From positions 1-35,824 of IMG/VR virus record IMGVR_UViG_3300032212_000090: 35,824 bases of DNA. One strand, 5' to 3'. This document shows, piece by piece, positions 18,434 to 27,790 of the stretch (position 1 is its first letter; every line of letters begins with the position of its first letter). The position numbers and the translations under genes were made by a program. This DNA comes from a virus. Taxonomy: Duplodnaviria; Caudoviricetes. The notes below the pieces were generated by a model. The model was not told where the DNA came from. It saw only the letters and a program-made list of their open reading frames with translations, and did not search any database.

Positions 18434-18885
18434 TATGTCGCCAGTGTGAATATTCCACTTGCATTCATAGCAATAGTTAAAGTGTTTCCGTCTGTTGCTG
18501 TGACATCAGCAGGAGAGTTATCTAGTAATGTATAACAACATAGTGGATCGGCTACTGGGGTGGTTACAGTGTCGTCATCAATAACTGCGAATCGTGCTGT
18601 TATTGAGCCACCAGAAGCGGTAAAGACTTCATCTGCACTATCGAAAGTAGTTGTACCGCCTGAACGTGTCCATGTAACAGAAGCTAAAGCACTACCTGGC
18701 TGTGTGTAACCATTTGCGCTCGCGTGTTGGTTTGTTAAAGCTGCTCGACCTGATGTTGTTAAAGTTGCGGCGTTAGAGGTTGAAAGATATAGACCACAGT
18801 TGAATGTATCTGCGTCAAGGTCGATTGTCCCGTCTGCTACATATTCTGTAAACTCGTTATAAAAATCCCATGCATCAGCAGCCAT
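18433..18885 (-). CDS. Putative virion structural protein
   Basis: T/A-rich, beta-rich 150 aa. Confidence 0.6.
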   Translation of the reverse strand: MAADAWDFYNEFTEYVADGTIDLDADTFNCGLYLSTSNAATLTTSGRAALTNQHASANGYTQPGSALASVTWTRSGGTTTFDSADEVFTASGGSITARFAVIDDDTVTTPVADPLCCYTLLDNSPADVTATDGNTLTIAMNASGIFTLAT

Positions 18886-19142
18886 TAGTTATTCCCCACG
18901 TTCATTTGTCCAGCAGGCGGATCTATTTGTACGCCACCTTCTGATTGTTCGCCTTTAAATAAAACTTTGCGGCCTGTCTCTATGGTGAAGTTAACAAGTC
19001 TTAAAGATTCTGCGTATTCAGAAAGTCGTTTTCTCCAGCCTTCTGCTCTTTGATCGTTAGGCATATCTTGAAGTTTCTTTTCAATCCTAGCCTTACTGTA
19101 TTCAATTTCGTTTTTTCGCTTTTGTGCGATTTCTTTAATCAT
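18885..19142 (-). CDS. Hypothetical protein
   Basis: Coupled ORF. Confidence 0.65.
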   Translation of the reverse strand: MIKEIAQKRKNEIEYSKARIEKKLQDMPNDQRAEGWRKRLSEYAESLRLVNFTIETGRKVLFKGEQSEGGVQIDPPAGQMNVGNN

Positions 19143-19405
19143 GATTTTATATCCGATGGTAAAAAGTTAATTGTTGAGTCTAATCCTTCGAGAGTGATTG
19201 TTTTTCCTATAGAGATAGCTTTAGATCCAAATGATTTAAGAACTTGCTTGTTATCGTTAATAATTCTTAATTCAATTTCTGCTACGCCGTTATGCGTCCC
19301 AATAAGTCTTACTTGAAACTTTCCCTTCACATTAGGGTTAAGGCTTGGAGCGATAACATGTGTCATGTGATCTTTAGCGTCCTTCATTAAAGCCGCTCTA
19401 CCCAT
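19139..19405 (-). CDS. Hypothetical protein
   Basis: Start reassigned to ATG 19405 with GGAG SD. Confidence 0.65.
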   Translation of the reverse strand: MGRAALMKDAKDHMTHVIAPSLNPNVKGKFQVRLIGTHNGVAEIELRIINDNKQVLKSFGSKAISIGKTITLEGLDSTINFLPSDIKS

Positions 19406-19406
19406 A

Positions 19407-21458
19407 TTAACTCCAGGTCGTTGTTGTGTCGGTTGTGGCTGTCCATGTGGCTGAGTTACCACTTTGCACCGTCCATGATATAGATCCGTCTATTGTTGGC
19501 GCGTACCCTTGAAGGGTTAAGGTCGCAACAGGTACATCTATGTTTGCGCTTGCTGCTGCTGAAATAGTCGGGACTAAACCTGTCAGGGTTAAGGTCGCGT
19601 TAGGAACATCAACAGAAACGCCTGTTCCTATCGTTGGGGTGTAACCAGCTAGAGATAAACTCGCAACTGGTATATCCACGCTTACAGGTGTTTGAATATC
19701 TGGTGCAAATGCCGCTAAAGCCAAAGAACCTAAAGGAACTGATACAGACTGATTGCCTGATATATTTACTGTTGGAGTTATACCTGTTAAATCTAATGAT
19801 GCTAATGGAACATCAATGCTTACGTTCCCGTTTGCGCTTACCGTTGGAGCGTAACCTGTTAGTGTTAAGCTTGCGGCAGGAACATTGATAGTTTGAGGGT
19901 TGCTTGCTGTTATGGTTGGGGCGTAACCAAGTAATGCCAATAGCCCAATTGGCGGAGCTACCGAAGCGCCGCCTTCATCTGCACCTTCAAAATAAGTGTT
20001 TCTTGGTTGTAGTATTTTATAAGGGTTATCATTAATTTCTTTTATTAATGTTTCATTTAGCTTCTCATGGAAAATATATAAATACTTAACCTTTGCAAAA
20101 TCAGCATCAGCGCCAGCAGACGCGCCTAATAAAAATCCAATACTCGACGCTTGCGTCCTACTAATTGCCGCGCTATTACTTCCAACTGATACACCATTTT
20201 GGTGTACTTCTAAACCTTTAGAACCGCCATAAAATGCCCAGTTATCGTTACCAAAAGTTAAACCCGATATTGCTAGTCTATTATTACCTGCTTGCCCACC
20301 ATAATCCCAATATAGTGTCCCATCTGACCAAGGTAAATGACAACTGCATTTATAAACCCCTGTGGTTGAATCAATGCCAAATGAATAGGAAGTGCGATTA
20401 TTCGCATCTGTTTTTTCATAACCGATTAAAATTGTACAATCGCCAGTCGTTAAAACATCTTGTGACTCTGCTGCTAGCTCAATGCTATCCGAAGCGGTAT
20501 CTAATTCTAAGCATTGCCCATCCTCTGACAGTGACCACACTGCACCGCTAATTGTACCAACTTCACCAGAAGATAAATTTCGTGGATTGCCGCTACCTTC
20601 GTTAAATATCCATGCTGCCTTAACATTGAATTTAAGATTAATCTCTATGTTTGTACGGCTTGGTTTTTTAGTCCAATCTTTTTTAACCAAAGATATTGCG
20701 CGAGTATCGGCGGTTTCTTCAAAGTAAATGTTTCTTGGTTTTAAAAGCTGGTACGGGTTGTCATATAAGCTTTTTATTTCGTTATCGCTTAAAGCTTTGG
20801 AGTACAATTGAATATTATGTTGATGGCCGTCGAAAGCCTCCGCAACATCGACATCTTCAATCCCTATAAACATTCGGGTTCGATTAGTGCTTAAGGATGA
20901 TAAACCTGTTTCTGTTCCTACTAGTACGCCGTTATGATATATTTTTCTATATGCTGTACCGCTATACACCATACATACAAAAACTTTTTCACCAACCTGT
21001 CTAGTTATCGAACTTCTTAGCCAACTATTAGCGTTATCCCAGATACCCCACTCATCAGGATCGTTATCTGATGCTAGTGTAGCTCTTACATTTATACCGG
21101 AACCAGTCTCACCTAAGCTAACAGCAACTTGCGCGGATGATGGTGTAGATGCGTCAACATCAACCGTTAGCCAAGCGCAAGCGGTGAAAGTTGCCAGTGA
21201 TGGGACATCCGCGTAGTAATACCATGAGTTAGTATAAGAACCAAAATCAATAGCTCTGCCGCCTAATTCTGCTGAAATAGCATTAGTCGGGGAGCCGACT
21301 TTCACGCCATGCCTATTATGCCCAGAATAATCGCGCAGCCCTCCGCTCTCTAAAACAGGGAAATATGCCTCAAGATATTTAATTAACGGATTGCTTGAGT
21401 TTAACCCTGTAAACCTATCAGGCTTCCTATCCCAATCTTTTTTAAATATACTAGACAT
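19407..21458 (-). CDS. Double LamG/ConA-like domain protein with C-terminal repeats (adhesin/fibre)
   Basis: Two modules with DYSGHNRHG, IYHNG, LYSKALSDNEI..LY-type motifs; seven VPxASLxLxGxxPT-like repeats. Confidence 0.8.
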   Translation of the reverse strand: MSSIFKKDWDRKPDRFTGLNSSNPLIKYLEAYFPVLESGGLRDYSGHNRHGVKVGSPTNAISAELGGRAIDFGSYTNSWYYYADVPSLATFTACAWLTVDVDASTPSSAQVAVSLGETGSGINVRATLASDNDPDEWGIWDNANSWLRSSITRQVGEKVFVCMVYSGTAYRKIYHNGVLVGTETGLSSLSTNRTRMFIGIEDVDVAEAFDGHQHNIQLYSKALSDNEIKSLYDNPYQLLKPRNIYFEETADTRAISLVKKDWTKKPSRTNIEINLKFNVKAAWIFNEGSGNPRNLSSGEVGTISGAVWSLSEDGQCLELDTASDSIELAAESQDVLTTGDCTILIGYEKTDANNRTSYSFGIDSTTGVYKCSCHLPWSDGTLYWDYGGQAGNNRLAISGLTFGNDNWAFYGGSKGLEVHQNGVSVGSNSAAISRTQASSIGFLLGASAGADADFAKVKYLYIFHEKLNETLIKEINDNPYKILQPRNTYFEGADEGGASVAPPIGLLALLGYAPTITASNPQTINVPAASLTLTGYAPTVSANGNVSIDVPLASLDLTGITPTVNISGNQSVSVPLGSLALAAFAPDIQTPVSVDIPVASLSLAGYTPTIGTGVSVDVPNATLTLTGLVPTISAAASANIDVPVATLTLQGYAPTIDGSISWTVQSGNSATWTATTDTTTTWS

Positions 21459-21520
21459 AGTTATCCCCTGCCGTTAACTAAGCCAAGATATACTTAAAGG
21501 GAGTAGCACTGGGCCACCCC

Positions 21521-21982
21521 TTAATACTTAATAGCGTTTAACTCAACCGCGCAAGTTGTAGCGCCTAAAGCTGTGCCAGTATCATTGAAAATAACAACTT
21601 TAAAATTCTTTGGGACATCATCAATAAGGAAGCGTTTATTTAATGTGCGCGCTGTGGTTTCGCTTGTGTATGTAAATGAACCCACGAAAGTCCATTCTGA
21701 TACATCATCGCCCGCTGGGGTATAAGTCGCGTCTGATTCAGTTGTGATACCACCCGCAAAGTCAGTGCCGCCATCAACGGAACCCGCAATATAAACATCA
21801 ACCGAACCATCTGAACCAGCCGTAGTAGTGGTTAGAATTGTTACAAACATTTCAATTTCATAAGCTAATTGCGTTGAGTTATCAATGCCTGTCGTACCAC
21901 CGCCAACCCAATAAGCCGCATCTGCTAAGCTATTAAGTGCTGTGACTGCTGGTGCGGAAATCGTTGTATATGACTTGGCCAT
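21521..21982 (-). CDS. Putative virion structural protein
   Basis: T/A/G-rich, beta-rich; precedes LamG gene. Confidence 0.55.
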   Translation of the reverse strand: MAKSYTTISAPAVTALNSLADAAYWVGGGTTGIDNSTQLAYEIEMFVTILTTTTAGSDGSVDVYIAGSVDGGTDFAGGITTESDATYTPAGDDVSEWTFVGSFTYTSETTARTLNKRFLIDDVPKNFKVVIFNDTGTALGATTCAVELNAIKY

Positions 21983-22362
21983 TATTGCGCCCTCGCTATT
22001 CGTATATCTTCTTTTGAAATATTATTAAAACCTTCCCATTGGGCAAATGTTTTAGTTTCTTGTTTTACGATGCTGGCCCAAGTAGTTGTCGGGGTATCGA
22101 AAATGGATTTAATAATAGGTACAGCGGCCGATGTAACTGAATCAATCGCGCATAAGCTCAGCCATTGGCTTTTTAATGCATCCGTTAAGGCTAAATATTC
22201 TGCTTCATCGGTATAACCGAACAATTCAGAACCGCTTATTGATTCTCGCGTTCTTGTATCATCACTGTTTATTTGAGCGGCTGCCGCAGCATCGTTGAGC
22301 GCGCCATAAGTGCCTGCGTTAGCATCTAAATACGCTCTTAATTTAATGTAACTAATTGCCAT
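21982..22362 (-). CDS. Hypothetical (putative virion) protein
   Basis: Coupled ORF. Confidence 0.6.
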   Translation of the reverse strand: MAISYIKLRAYLDANAGTYGALNDAAAAAQINSDDTRTRESISGSELFGYTDEAEYLALTDALKSQWLSLCAIDSVTSAAVPIIKSIFDTPTTTWASIVKQETKTFAQWEGFNNISKEDIRIARAQ

Positions 22363-22368
22363 TTTTTC

Positions 22369-22848
22369 TCACTCGCATATCACCGCATAAATACGGTTGT
22401 TAATTAAAATTTCTCGATAGGAATATCTTGAATTGTATGGTTTGACTTCTTTCCCGCAATCGTCACCTACGTTTGCTCGAACACCTTTAACGACTTCCCA
22501 GGTTTGAATATTCTTAACAGGTCTTGTTGGGTAGGCTTTGTTTACGGCTACTCTCCAGCTTTTGACTGACTTAGCCGCCGCCTTTAGTTTTTCACATGCT
22601 TCTTTTTGTGCTTCTGTTTTTTGGGGCCACTTAAATTTCTGTGATGATATTTCGGCTGGCTCTGGTATTTCAGAGGCAAAATCAATAGGATAATTGTATT
22701 CAATAACCGTGCATTGAGTGCTATTGCCTAAAACCCACGCCGTTCCTTCTTTCATATTCCAAAGTTCGTGGGCGTACACATTGCTTATGCTTAGCAGTAA
22801 AACTAGAGGCTTGAGAATTACCGTTAGTGCCTTTGCTTTTGTATTCAT
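22369..22848 (-). CDS. Exported protein with four Cys
   Basis: Signal peptide ending VYA; first late gene. Confidence 0.65.
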   Translation of the reverse strand: MNTKAKALTVILKPLVLLLSISNVYAHELWNMKEGTAWVLGNSTQCTVIEYNYPIDFASEIPEPAEISSQKFKWPQKTEAQKEACEKLKAAAKSVKSWRVAVNKAYPTRPVKNIQTWEVVKGVRANVGDDCGKEVKPYNSRYSYREILINNRIYAVICE

Positions 22849-22880
22849 TTATAAACCAAGTCTCTAATTTTAAAATAGGA

Positions 22881-22965
22881 TGCCCCCAATCTCAGGAGTA
22901 GTTTTAGCTTTACACCCTGCGTAGCAAGGATTTCTGAAAGCTCTGGAGTAAAGTGATTAGGGGCA
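22881..22965 (-). ncRNA. Putative structured RNA in late leader
   Basis: Nested stems TGCCCCTAATC/GATTGGGGGCA, AGCTTT/AAAGCT, CCTTGC/GCAGGG. Confidence 0.5.
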
Positions 22966-22975
22966 AAACTTTTAC

Positions 22976-23006
22976 AAAAAAAAGCCCTGCAAGGAGGAGC
23001 AAGGCT
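22976..23006 (-). terminator. Late-leader terminator (tR'-like)
   Basis: AGCCTTGC-N8-GCAGGGCT followed by a T run, about 90 bp downstream of Q. Confidence 0.82.
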
Positions 23007-23098
23007 AAGTGTGTTAGATGCCCATAAATTTTAAAGTCAATGGGTCACGGGTAATAATACAATATGCAAGAAAATAAACCAGTTTTTAGTTCAGTGTT

Positions 23099-23677
23099 TT
23101 ACCGTAAGCGCCTTTTGATCTTTTCGTTTGCTTCGTTTAATGAATTAGTGACTATAGAATTTATATCATAAGCATCACGAATATATTTAACGTAGTCTTT
23201 TCTGTATTGCCCTATATCTGCTTCTTTGCCTTGTTCTTTTCTCAATTCATATCGAGTTTGTGCGTACCATCTAATTTTAGTCTTAAGCGATACTTTTGCC
23301 TTGCCCGTAGTTCTGCAGTTGTCGCAAGGATATACTTTTGTTTCATCATAATTAAAGCCGCTTCCTTCGCAGACCTCACAAGTGCCATCACTAAGCGCCT
23401 CTAATAACTCCGTTCTAACTAATGCTGGTAGGTGCTCATGCCTACCCTTGACGCGCTTAATTAATCCTGCCGCCTTGTGTAGCAAGTGAGCCTCTAGGCG
23501 TTTAAAGTTACCTCCACCTAGAAACTTTAGATCGATAAACTCATATTGAAATTCATCTAATGTCGATAAAACATAAGATAAATCTATAGAGCTTCCCGCA
23601 ATAGAGTTCTCATTCCTGAGTTTCGATAAATCCACTGCTGATGGTGTCAAAGGGGTCAACCGTTCCACTGTGCACAT
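23099..23677 (-). CDS. Late antiterminator Q-like protein
   Basis: CEVCEGSG..CDNCRTTG zinc finger; last early gene before terminator-containing leader. Confidence 0.75.
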   Translation of the reverse strand: MCTVERLTPLTPSAVDLSKLRNENSIAGSSIDLSYVLSTLDEFQYEFIDLKFLGGGNFKRLEAHLLHKAAGLIKRVKGRHEHLPALVRTELLEALSDGTCEVCEGSGFNYDETKVYPCDNCRTTGKAKVSLKTKIRWYAQTRYELRKEQGKEADIGQYRKDYVKYIRDAYDINSIVTNSLNEANEKIKRRLR

Positions 23678-23831
23678 TTAACTTGCTCCACCGTCTATAG
23701 ACGTATCTAGTTGTGACATCAAATTTATAAGCTATTTCTTTGGGTCTTATTTTGTTTAGTTCTTTTTGTAATTTGTAATACTCGATACCTAGTTGATCGA
23801 TTAAATCTTGTTCTCTATCTGTGAGCTTCAT
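23610..23831 (-). CDS. Small HTH protein
   Basis: PKEIAYKFDVTTRYVYR. Confidence 0.6.
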   Translation of the reverse strand: MKLTDREQDLIDQLGIEYYKLQKELNKIRPKEIAYKFDVTTRYVYRRWSKLNVHSGTVDPFDTISSGFIETQE

Positions 23832-24163
23832 ATAAAATCCCCAAACTCTACAAAGTCAATTTGCATTCCCAGGCTTCTGGCTTGGCCTACTTCTGCCTTT
23901 ACACCTGTTGAAGATGTATAACCATCTAACATAAGCACCATAACGCGATCACACATTTTTAATTGCCTTTCGCATTGCTCACCCCAAAAATTAAAGTCGG
24001 TGGGTAAAGGTCGCTTAATAGCTAATTGGTGTCCATGTGTTAAAGGACTGAATACATGTTGGCCTTTTTCCATAAGACAAGCTGCAACATAAGTAACTTG
24101 TTCGACTCTTATTTGTTCCACTTCCTTGTGTTTGTGGGTGTATGGGGCTGCGAGGTAAATCAT
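23828..24163 (-). CDS. DUF1937-like (nucleoside deoxyribosyltransferase-like fold)
   Basis: IYLAAPY, FSPLTHGH, STGVKAE motifs. Confidence 0.8.
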   Translation of the reverse strand: MIYLAAPYTHKHKEVEQIRVEQVTYVAACLMEKGQHVFSPLTHGHQLAIKRPLPTDFNFWGEQCERQLKMCDRVMVLMLDGYTSSTGVKAEVGQARSLGMQIDFVEFGDFI

Positions 24164-24424
24164 TTAACAGCCACTTTCTAACCCTGCATTTCTGGCTACA
24201 TCTGCTTTACATTCACAACGCAAATAAACTAAATCTTGAGATGCTTCTTGAGCGTGTAAGAGTGCTTCGCATGTATTCCCTGTGCCAAGCATCTCTATTG
24301 CTTTGGTTAAGTTTTTCTTAATAGCTTCTTTCTTTTCCATCTTTTGATTGTTTGAATGAATAACACCGTCTATTGCGTCTGTGTCATATCCTGATGTTGC
24401 TTTTAGCATTTCTTCATTTGTCAT
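24164..24424 (-). CDS. Hypothetical protein
   Basis: ATGA overlap start with AGGAG SD. Confidence 0.6.
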   Translation of the reverse strand: MTNEEMLKATSGYDTDAIDGVIHSNNQKMEKKEAIKKNLTKAIEMLGTGNTCEALLHAQEASQDLVYLRCECKADVARNAGLESGC

Positions 24425-24612
24425 CTTAGTTCTCCTGTTGGTTTCCAAAGTGGTATCTCAAATCCAATTGTTTTTTCTCTGTTTCTCCAGTTGTATTTCT
24501 CGTTTACACATTCCTTGCACATGCCTCTTCTACCGTCTTTATTTTTATTCACAATGCTAAAGTCAGTAAAAGGCTTTTCTTCTTTGCATCTACAGCATGT
24601 TTTAGAGTTCAT
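24421..24612 (-). CDS. Small zinc-finger protein
   Basis: CxxC..F....CKEC. Confidence 0.65.
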   Translation of the reverse strand: MNSKTCCRCKEEKPFTDFSIVNKNKDGRRGMCKECVNEKYNWRNREKTIGFEIPLWKPTGELR

Positions 24613-25003
24613 CTATCTTCCCTTTTGTTTCCTTTATCATTTCTTCATATTCTTTAACTGATATTTTTCTTTGTGTTTTACTTAGATTTTCAAGCTCTTC
24701 TATTTTTTCTCTTCCGTAAGTATCAATCATAAATAATGTGTATGGCCTATAATTCCCATTATTAAAAACATTACATGAGACACATTGAGGATGTATATTC
24801 TCCTCAAGGAAATATATAGACAGCCCTTTGGATTTTGGTATGTAGTGCCCTGCCTGCATACCGTCATTCCATATAGTCGTCTTCCCACACGTTACACATG
24901 AAACATAGCCATTTTCATCAGCATACTTCTTTCTTATAAATTCACTCGTCAAAGCCCAAAGCTTATCTTTTAGCGATTTAAGCTTGGATTTTTTTTTCGC
25001 CAC
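24602..25003 (-). CDS. ninG: NinG/Rap-like endonuclease
   Basis: [20 protein letters not shown]; start GTG 25003 with GGGG SD. Confidence 0.85.
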   Translation of the reverse strand: MAKKKSKLKSLKDKLWALTSEFIRKKYADENGYVSCVTCGKTTIWNDGMQAGHYIPKSKGLSIYFLEENIHPQCVSCNVFNNGNYRPYTLFMIDTYGREKIEELENLSKTQRKISVKEYEEMIKETKGKIDEL

Positions 25004-25673
25004 GCTTATTCCCCCAGGTTGGTGTAGCCCTATGGCACTCGACGCATAATGTTCTGCCATTATCAAGATCGAACCTAAGCTCAGGATAGTCTGCGAACCT
25101 TTTAATATGGTCAGCATTAAGAATGATTTTTTTACCGTTCCCATTTCTTGCGCCGCAGATCTGGCACGTCCAGTTATCTCGCTTAAATACCGACCTCCTC
25201 CAATCCTGCATTTTTTTGGAATAGCGTATGCGCCTGTTTAAAGCGCCTTTTGATGGCGGTTTATCCTTGTTTCTTTTTTCCGCTTGTAGAGTTTTGTTTT
25301 TCCCCATGCACTCCATAGAACATGTTTTCCTATTTCGCGCTTTTTCCTGTGACTTTGAGCAATAAAATTCTTTTCCGCAAACAACACAGTTAAGAGGCCT
25401 ATTAGTCATTTGCATTTCTTTTGCCCACGCAATAGAACACTCTCTACTACAAAGTTTTCTCCCTATCTTTATGTGTGAAGGCTGCACATAAAACTCTTTT
25501 TCACATTGAATACAATTTATATTTTTCCCTTTTTTTGGTTTAAGGAATAGCGGATCGCCATGCACCTGGTATCTCTTGTAATGCTTCATACACCACCCCA
25601 AAGTGCTAGCATCACTATCACAGCCATCTATAGCGCAGAGTTTCTTTTTTAAAGTTTGGCCTTTACTTTTCAT
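24978..25673 (-). CDS. HNH endonuclease with N-terminal zinc ribbons
   Basis: [28 protein letters not shown]. Confidence 0.88.
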   Translation of the reverse strand: MKSKGQTLKKKLCAIDGCDSDASTLGWCMKHYKRYQVHGDPLFLKPKKGKNINCIQCEKEFYVQPSHIKIGRKLCSRECSIAWAKEMQMTNRPLNCVVCGKEFYCSKSQEKARNRKTCSMECMGKNKTLQAEKRNKDKPPSKGALNRRIRYSKKMQDWRRSVFKRDNWTCQICGARNGNGKKIILNADHIKRFADYPELRFDLDNGRTLCVECHRATPTWGNKRGEKKIQA

Positions 25674-25816
25674 TTTTTAATATCGATGTAAATAAATGCG
25701 CCGATTGCAATAGCAATAATGGTTGCACAAATCCCAACCGCTACACCTGACCACCAATTAGAACTTATTACCTCGTAAGCGATACATGAAGGATAGTTAC
25801 AAGGGATACCGCTCAT
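25670..25816 (-). CDS. Small membrane protein, 48 aa (not in ORF track)
   Basis: ATGA overlaps at both ends; one TM helix. Confidence 0.6.
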   Translation of the reverse strand: MSGIPCNYPSCIAYEVISSNWWSGVAVGICATIIAIAIGAFIYIDIKK

Positions 25817-25986
25817 TTGCTTTGCTCCTCTTTAAATGCCTTAATCCATGCAGCGCGACCTTTTGCCTCTGAGTCTAAAAATAGTTTTACTGCGTCCTCT
25901 GGTTTAATGTTTCTTGGAATGCCCATAAAGTGAGGGCAATTTAAAAAACGTGTATAGTCTTGTTTGCCTTGTTCAGTCATGTTCAT
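25813..25986 (-). CDS. Hypothetical protein
   Basis: GGAG SD before ATG 25986. Confidence 0.6.
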   Translation of the reverse strand: MNMTEQGKQDYTRFLNCPHFMGIPRNIKPEDAVKLFLDSEAKGRAAWIKAFKEEQSK

Positions 25987-26287
25987 GTAAAGTCTCCACA
26001 GAAGGAAAAGGAACAGACACACCAAACGTGCTGGCAGTGTGTCGATTTATAACTTCATAAACGTCTGATACTTGGTTTTTATCTAGCTTGGTTGTGGACT
26101 TTTCACCTGTCATTGTTTCTTGAACTTTCTTCCAAATTAATTTTTTGATTAACTCTGCATCCCAAGGAATTTCTATGTCATGTCTAAGTGTTTTTCTTAC
26201 GTCATACCCTGCACCACTTAAAGCCTCTGCTAGTTGTTCGCAGTAAAGGTGTAATGCGTTATTTTGTGGTAGCGTTCTTTGCGTCAT
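25973..26287 (-). CDS. ninB: NinB-like protein
   Basis: RTLPQNNALH..STTKL..GVSVPFP. Confidence 0.7.
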   Translation of the reverse strand: MTQRTLPQNNALHLYCEQLAEALSGAGYDVRKTLRHDIEIPWDAELIKKLIWKKVQETMTGEKSTTKLDKNQVSDVYEVINRHTASTFGVSVPFPSVETLHEHD

Positions 26288-26365
26288 CTAATTACCCATA
26301 ATCACGATTAATGTCCCAACTAAAAAACAAATGCTTCCTGCTAAATAAAAATAATAAGGAATCAT
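26288..26365 (-). CDS. Small membrane peptide, 25 aa (not in ORF track)
   Basis: GAGG SD, ATGA overlap; MIPYYFYLAGSICFLVGTLIVIMGN. Confidence 0.55.
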   Translation of the reverse strand: MIPYYFYLAGSICFLVGTLIVIMGN

Positions 26366-26538
26366 TTTCTATAAACCTCTATTTCAACGAATGCTGGCTT
26401 TCCCATTTGTTTGTTTATTTCGATTATGAAATCCGCAAACAAAGGTAATTCTCTTTTGATGTTTTCCCATTTTCTTTTTCTAGCCTCTAAAACCTTTTGT
26501 TCTTGTTGGTGTAGAAAATTGTGGTATGTCTCCGACAT
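26362..26538 (-). CDS. Hypothetical protein
   Basis: Overlaps dnaB end; fills operon. Confidence 0.5.
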   Translation of the reverse strand: MSETYHNFLHQQEQKVLEARKRKWENIKRELPLFADFIIEINKQMGKPAFVEIEVYRK

Positions 26539-27790
26539 AGTTTTCAAACCTGCATAAATGCCCTGTGAATTTAGTGAATACTTTTCCTGTTTCACCTTGT
26601 CTTTGTTTTGCTATGTTAATTTCAGCTATCCCTTTATGAGGGCTTTCTTCGTTGTAGTATTCATCACGGTAAACAAATAAAATTAAATCTGCGTCTTGCT
26701 CGATAGATCCAGATTCCCTTAAGTCAGACATAATCGGTCTTTTATTTGGCCTTGCTTCAAGGCTACGATTAAGCTGCGATAAAGCGATAACAGGAACTTT
26801 TAATTCTTTTGCGATAGCCTTTAAGCCCCTTGATATTTCGCTAACCTCTTCTGTACGGTTATTACCCTTCCCTCGCATTAACTGAATGTAATCAATAACA
26901 ATTACACCTAGCCCTTTCTCTCTCTGTACTTGCTTAGCCCTTAATCGAACTTCTCCAATCGATAAAGCGGGACTATCATCAATATCCATAGGAAGCCCGT
27001 TTAGTTCGTTAAAAGCCGCTGTTAATCTGGGCCAATGCTCATCCCTTAATTTCCCACTTCTGATAAGATTTAAAGGAATACTTCCCAAGTTCGCTAACTC
27101 CCTATCGATTAATTGTTCTGTTGGCATTTCCATGCTGAAAATTAACGCAGTCTCATTTTTCTTTGCGGCTACCTCTGCCATGTTCAAAGCCAGCGCTGTT
27201 TTACCCATTGAAGGACGGCCAGCTATAACAATAAAGTCTGATTTATGTAGTCCCAGAGTTTTTTCATCCAAGCCGATTAAACCCGTTGATAACCCCGTCA
27301 CTGAGCCACCGTTTTTGTATGCAGCCTCAATCCGATCAATAACTGAATTCAAAGATTTACTTATTTCTTGAGGTTTAGATTTTTGCGTGGATTGGTTTGA
27401 GAGGTTGTTAAGCATGTCCAATGCTTCGTCAAATTTCTCGCCTGTTGTTTTATCTTTGCTGGCTAATTGAGAAATACTACTCCCAATCCCTAAAAGCTTT
27501 CTGTCTATCGATGTTCTTTTAACAACGTCTGCATAGGCTTTAGCGTTTTTAGGTGCGTAACAATGTCGCACTAAATCTGTGAGGTAGGTTAATTGCAAAG
27601 TTTTATCTTTGTCGCTTAGAAGAAATGGATCGACTTCATTACCGCTTTCAATCATTTTCTTTGATGTGGCAAATATGTTTCTATGCTCTTCTGTTAAAAA
27701 ATCATCTGCCTGGAGAAAGTCTATTTCATCAAACATTCGATTATCAGATAATAATGCGCCTAATACATTTTGCTCCGCTTCTCTGCTCAC
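26480..27790 (-). CDS. dnaB: Replicative DNA helicase
   Basis: GRPSMGKT, FSMEM, IDYIQL, LSQLNR, DLRESGSIEQDAD; GTGA overlap start. Confidence 0.96.
   Translation of the reverse strand: MSREAEQNVLGALLSDNRMFDEIDFLQADDFLTEEHRNIFATSKKMIESGNEVDPFLLSDKDKTLQLTYLTDLVRHCYAPKNAKAYADVVKRTSIDRKLLGIGSSISQLASKDKTTGEKFDEALDMLNNLSNQSTQKSKPQEISKSLNSVIDRIEAAYKNGGSVTGLSTGLIGLDEKTLGLHKSDFIVIAGRPSMGKTALALNMAEVAAKKNETALIFSMEMPTEQLIDRELANLGSIPLNLIRSGKLRDEHWPRLTAAFNELNGLPMDIDDSPALSIGEVRLRAKQVQREKGLGVIVIDYIQLMRGKGNNRTEEVSEISRGLKAIAKELKVPVIALSQLNRSLEARPNKRPIMSDLRESGSIEQDADLILFVYRDEYYNEESPHKGIAEINIAKQRQGETGKVFTKFTGHLCRFENYVGDIPQFSTPTRTKGFRG

Noticed and set aside
21486-21522. Hairpin GGGGTGGC/GCTACTCC between late genes as a terminator
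   Set aside because: U tract is short; function cannot be supported
23007-23098. Exact late promoter pR'
   Set aside because: Candidate hexamers (TTGACT, TATTAT) exist but I found no convincing correctly spaced pair
25003-25144. N-terminal extension of NinG in the ORF track
   Set aside because: Lies inside the HNH gene; GTG 25003 has an SD and gives a normal NinG-like start
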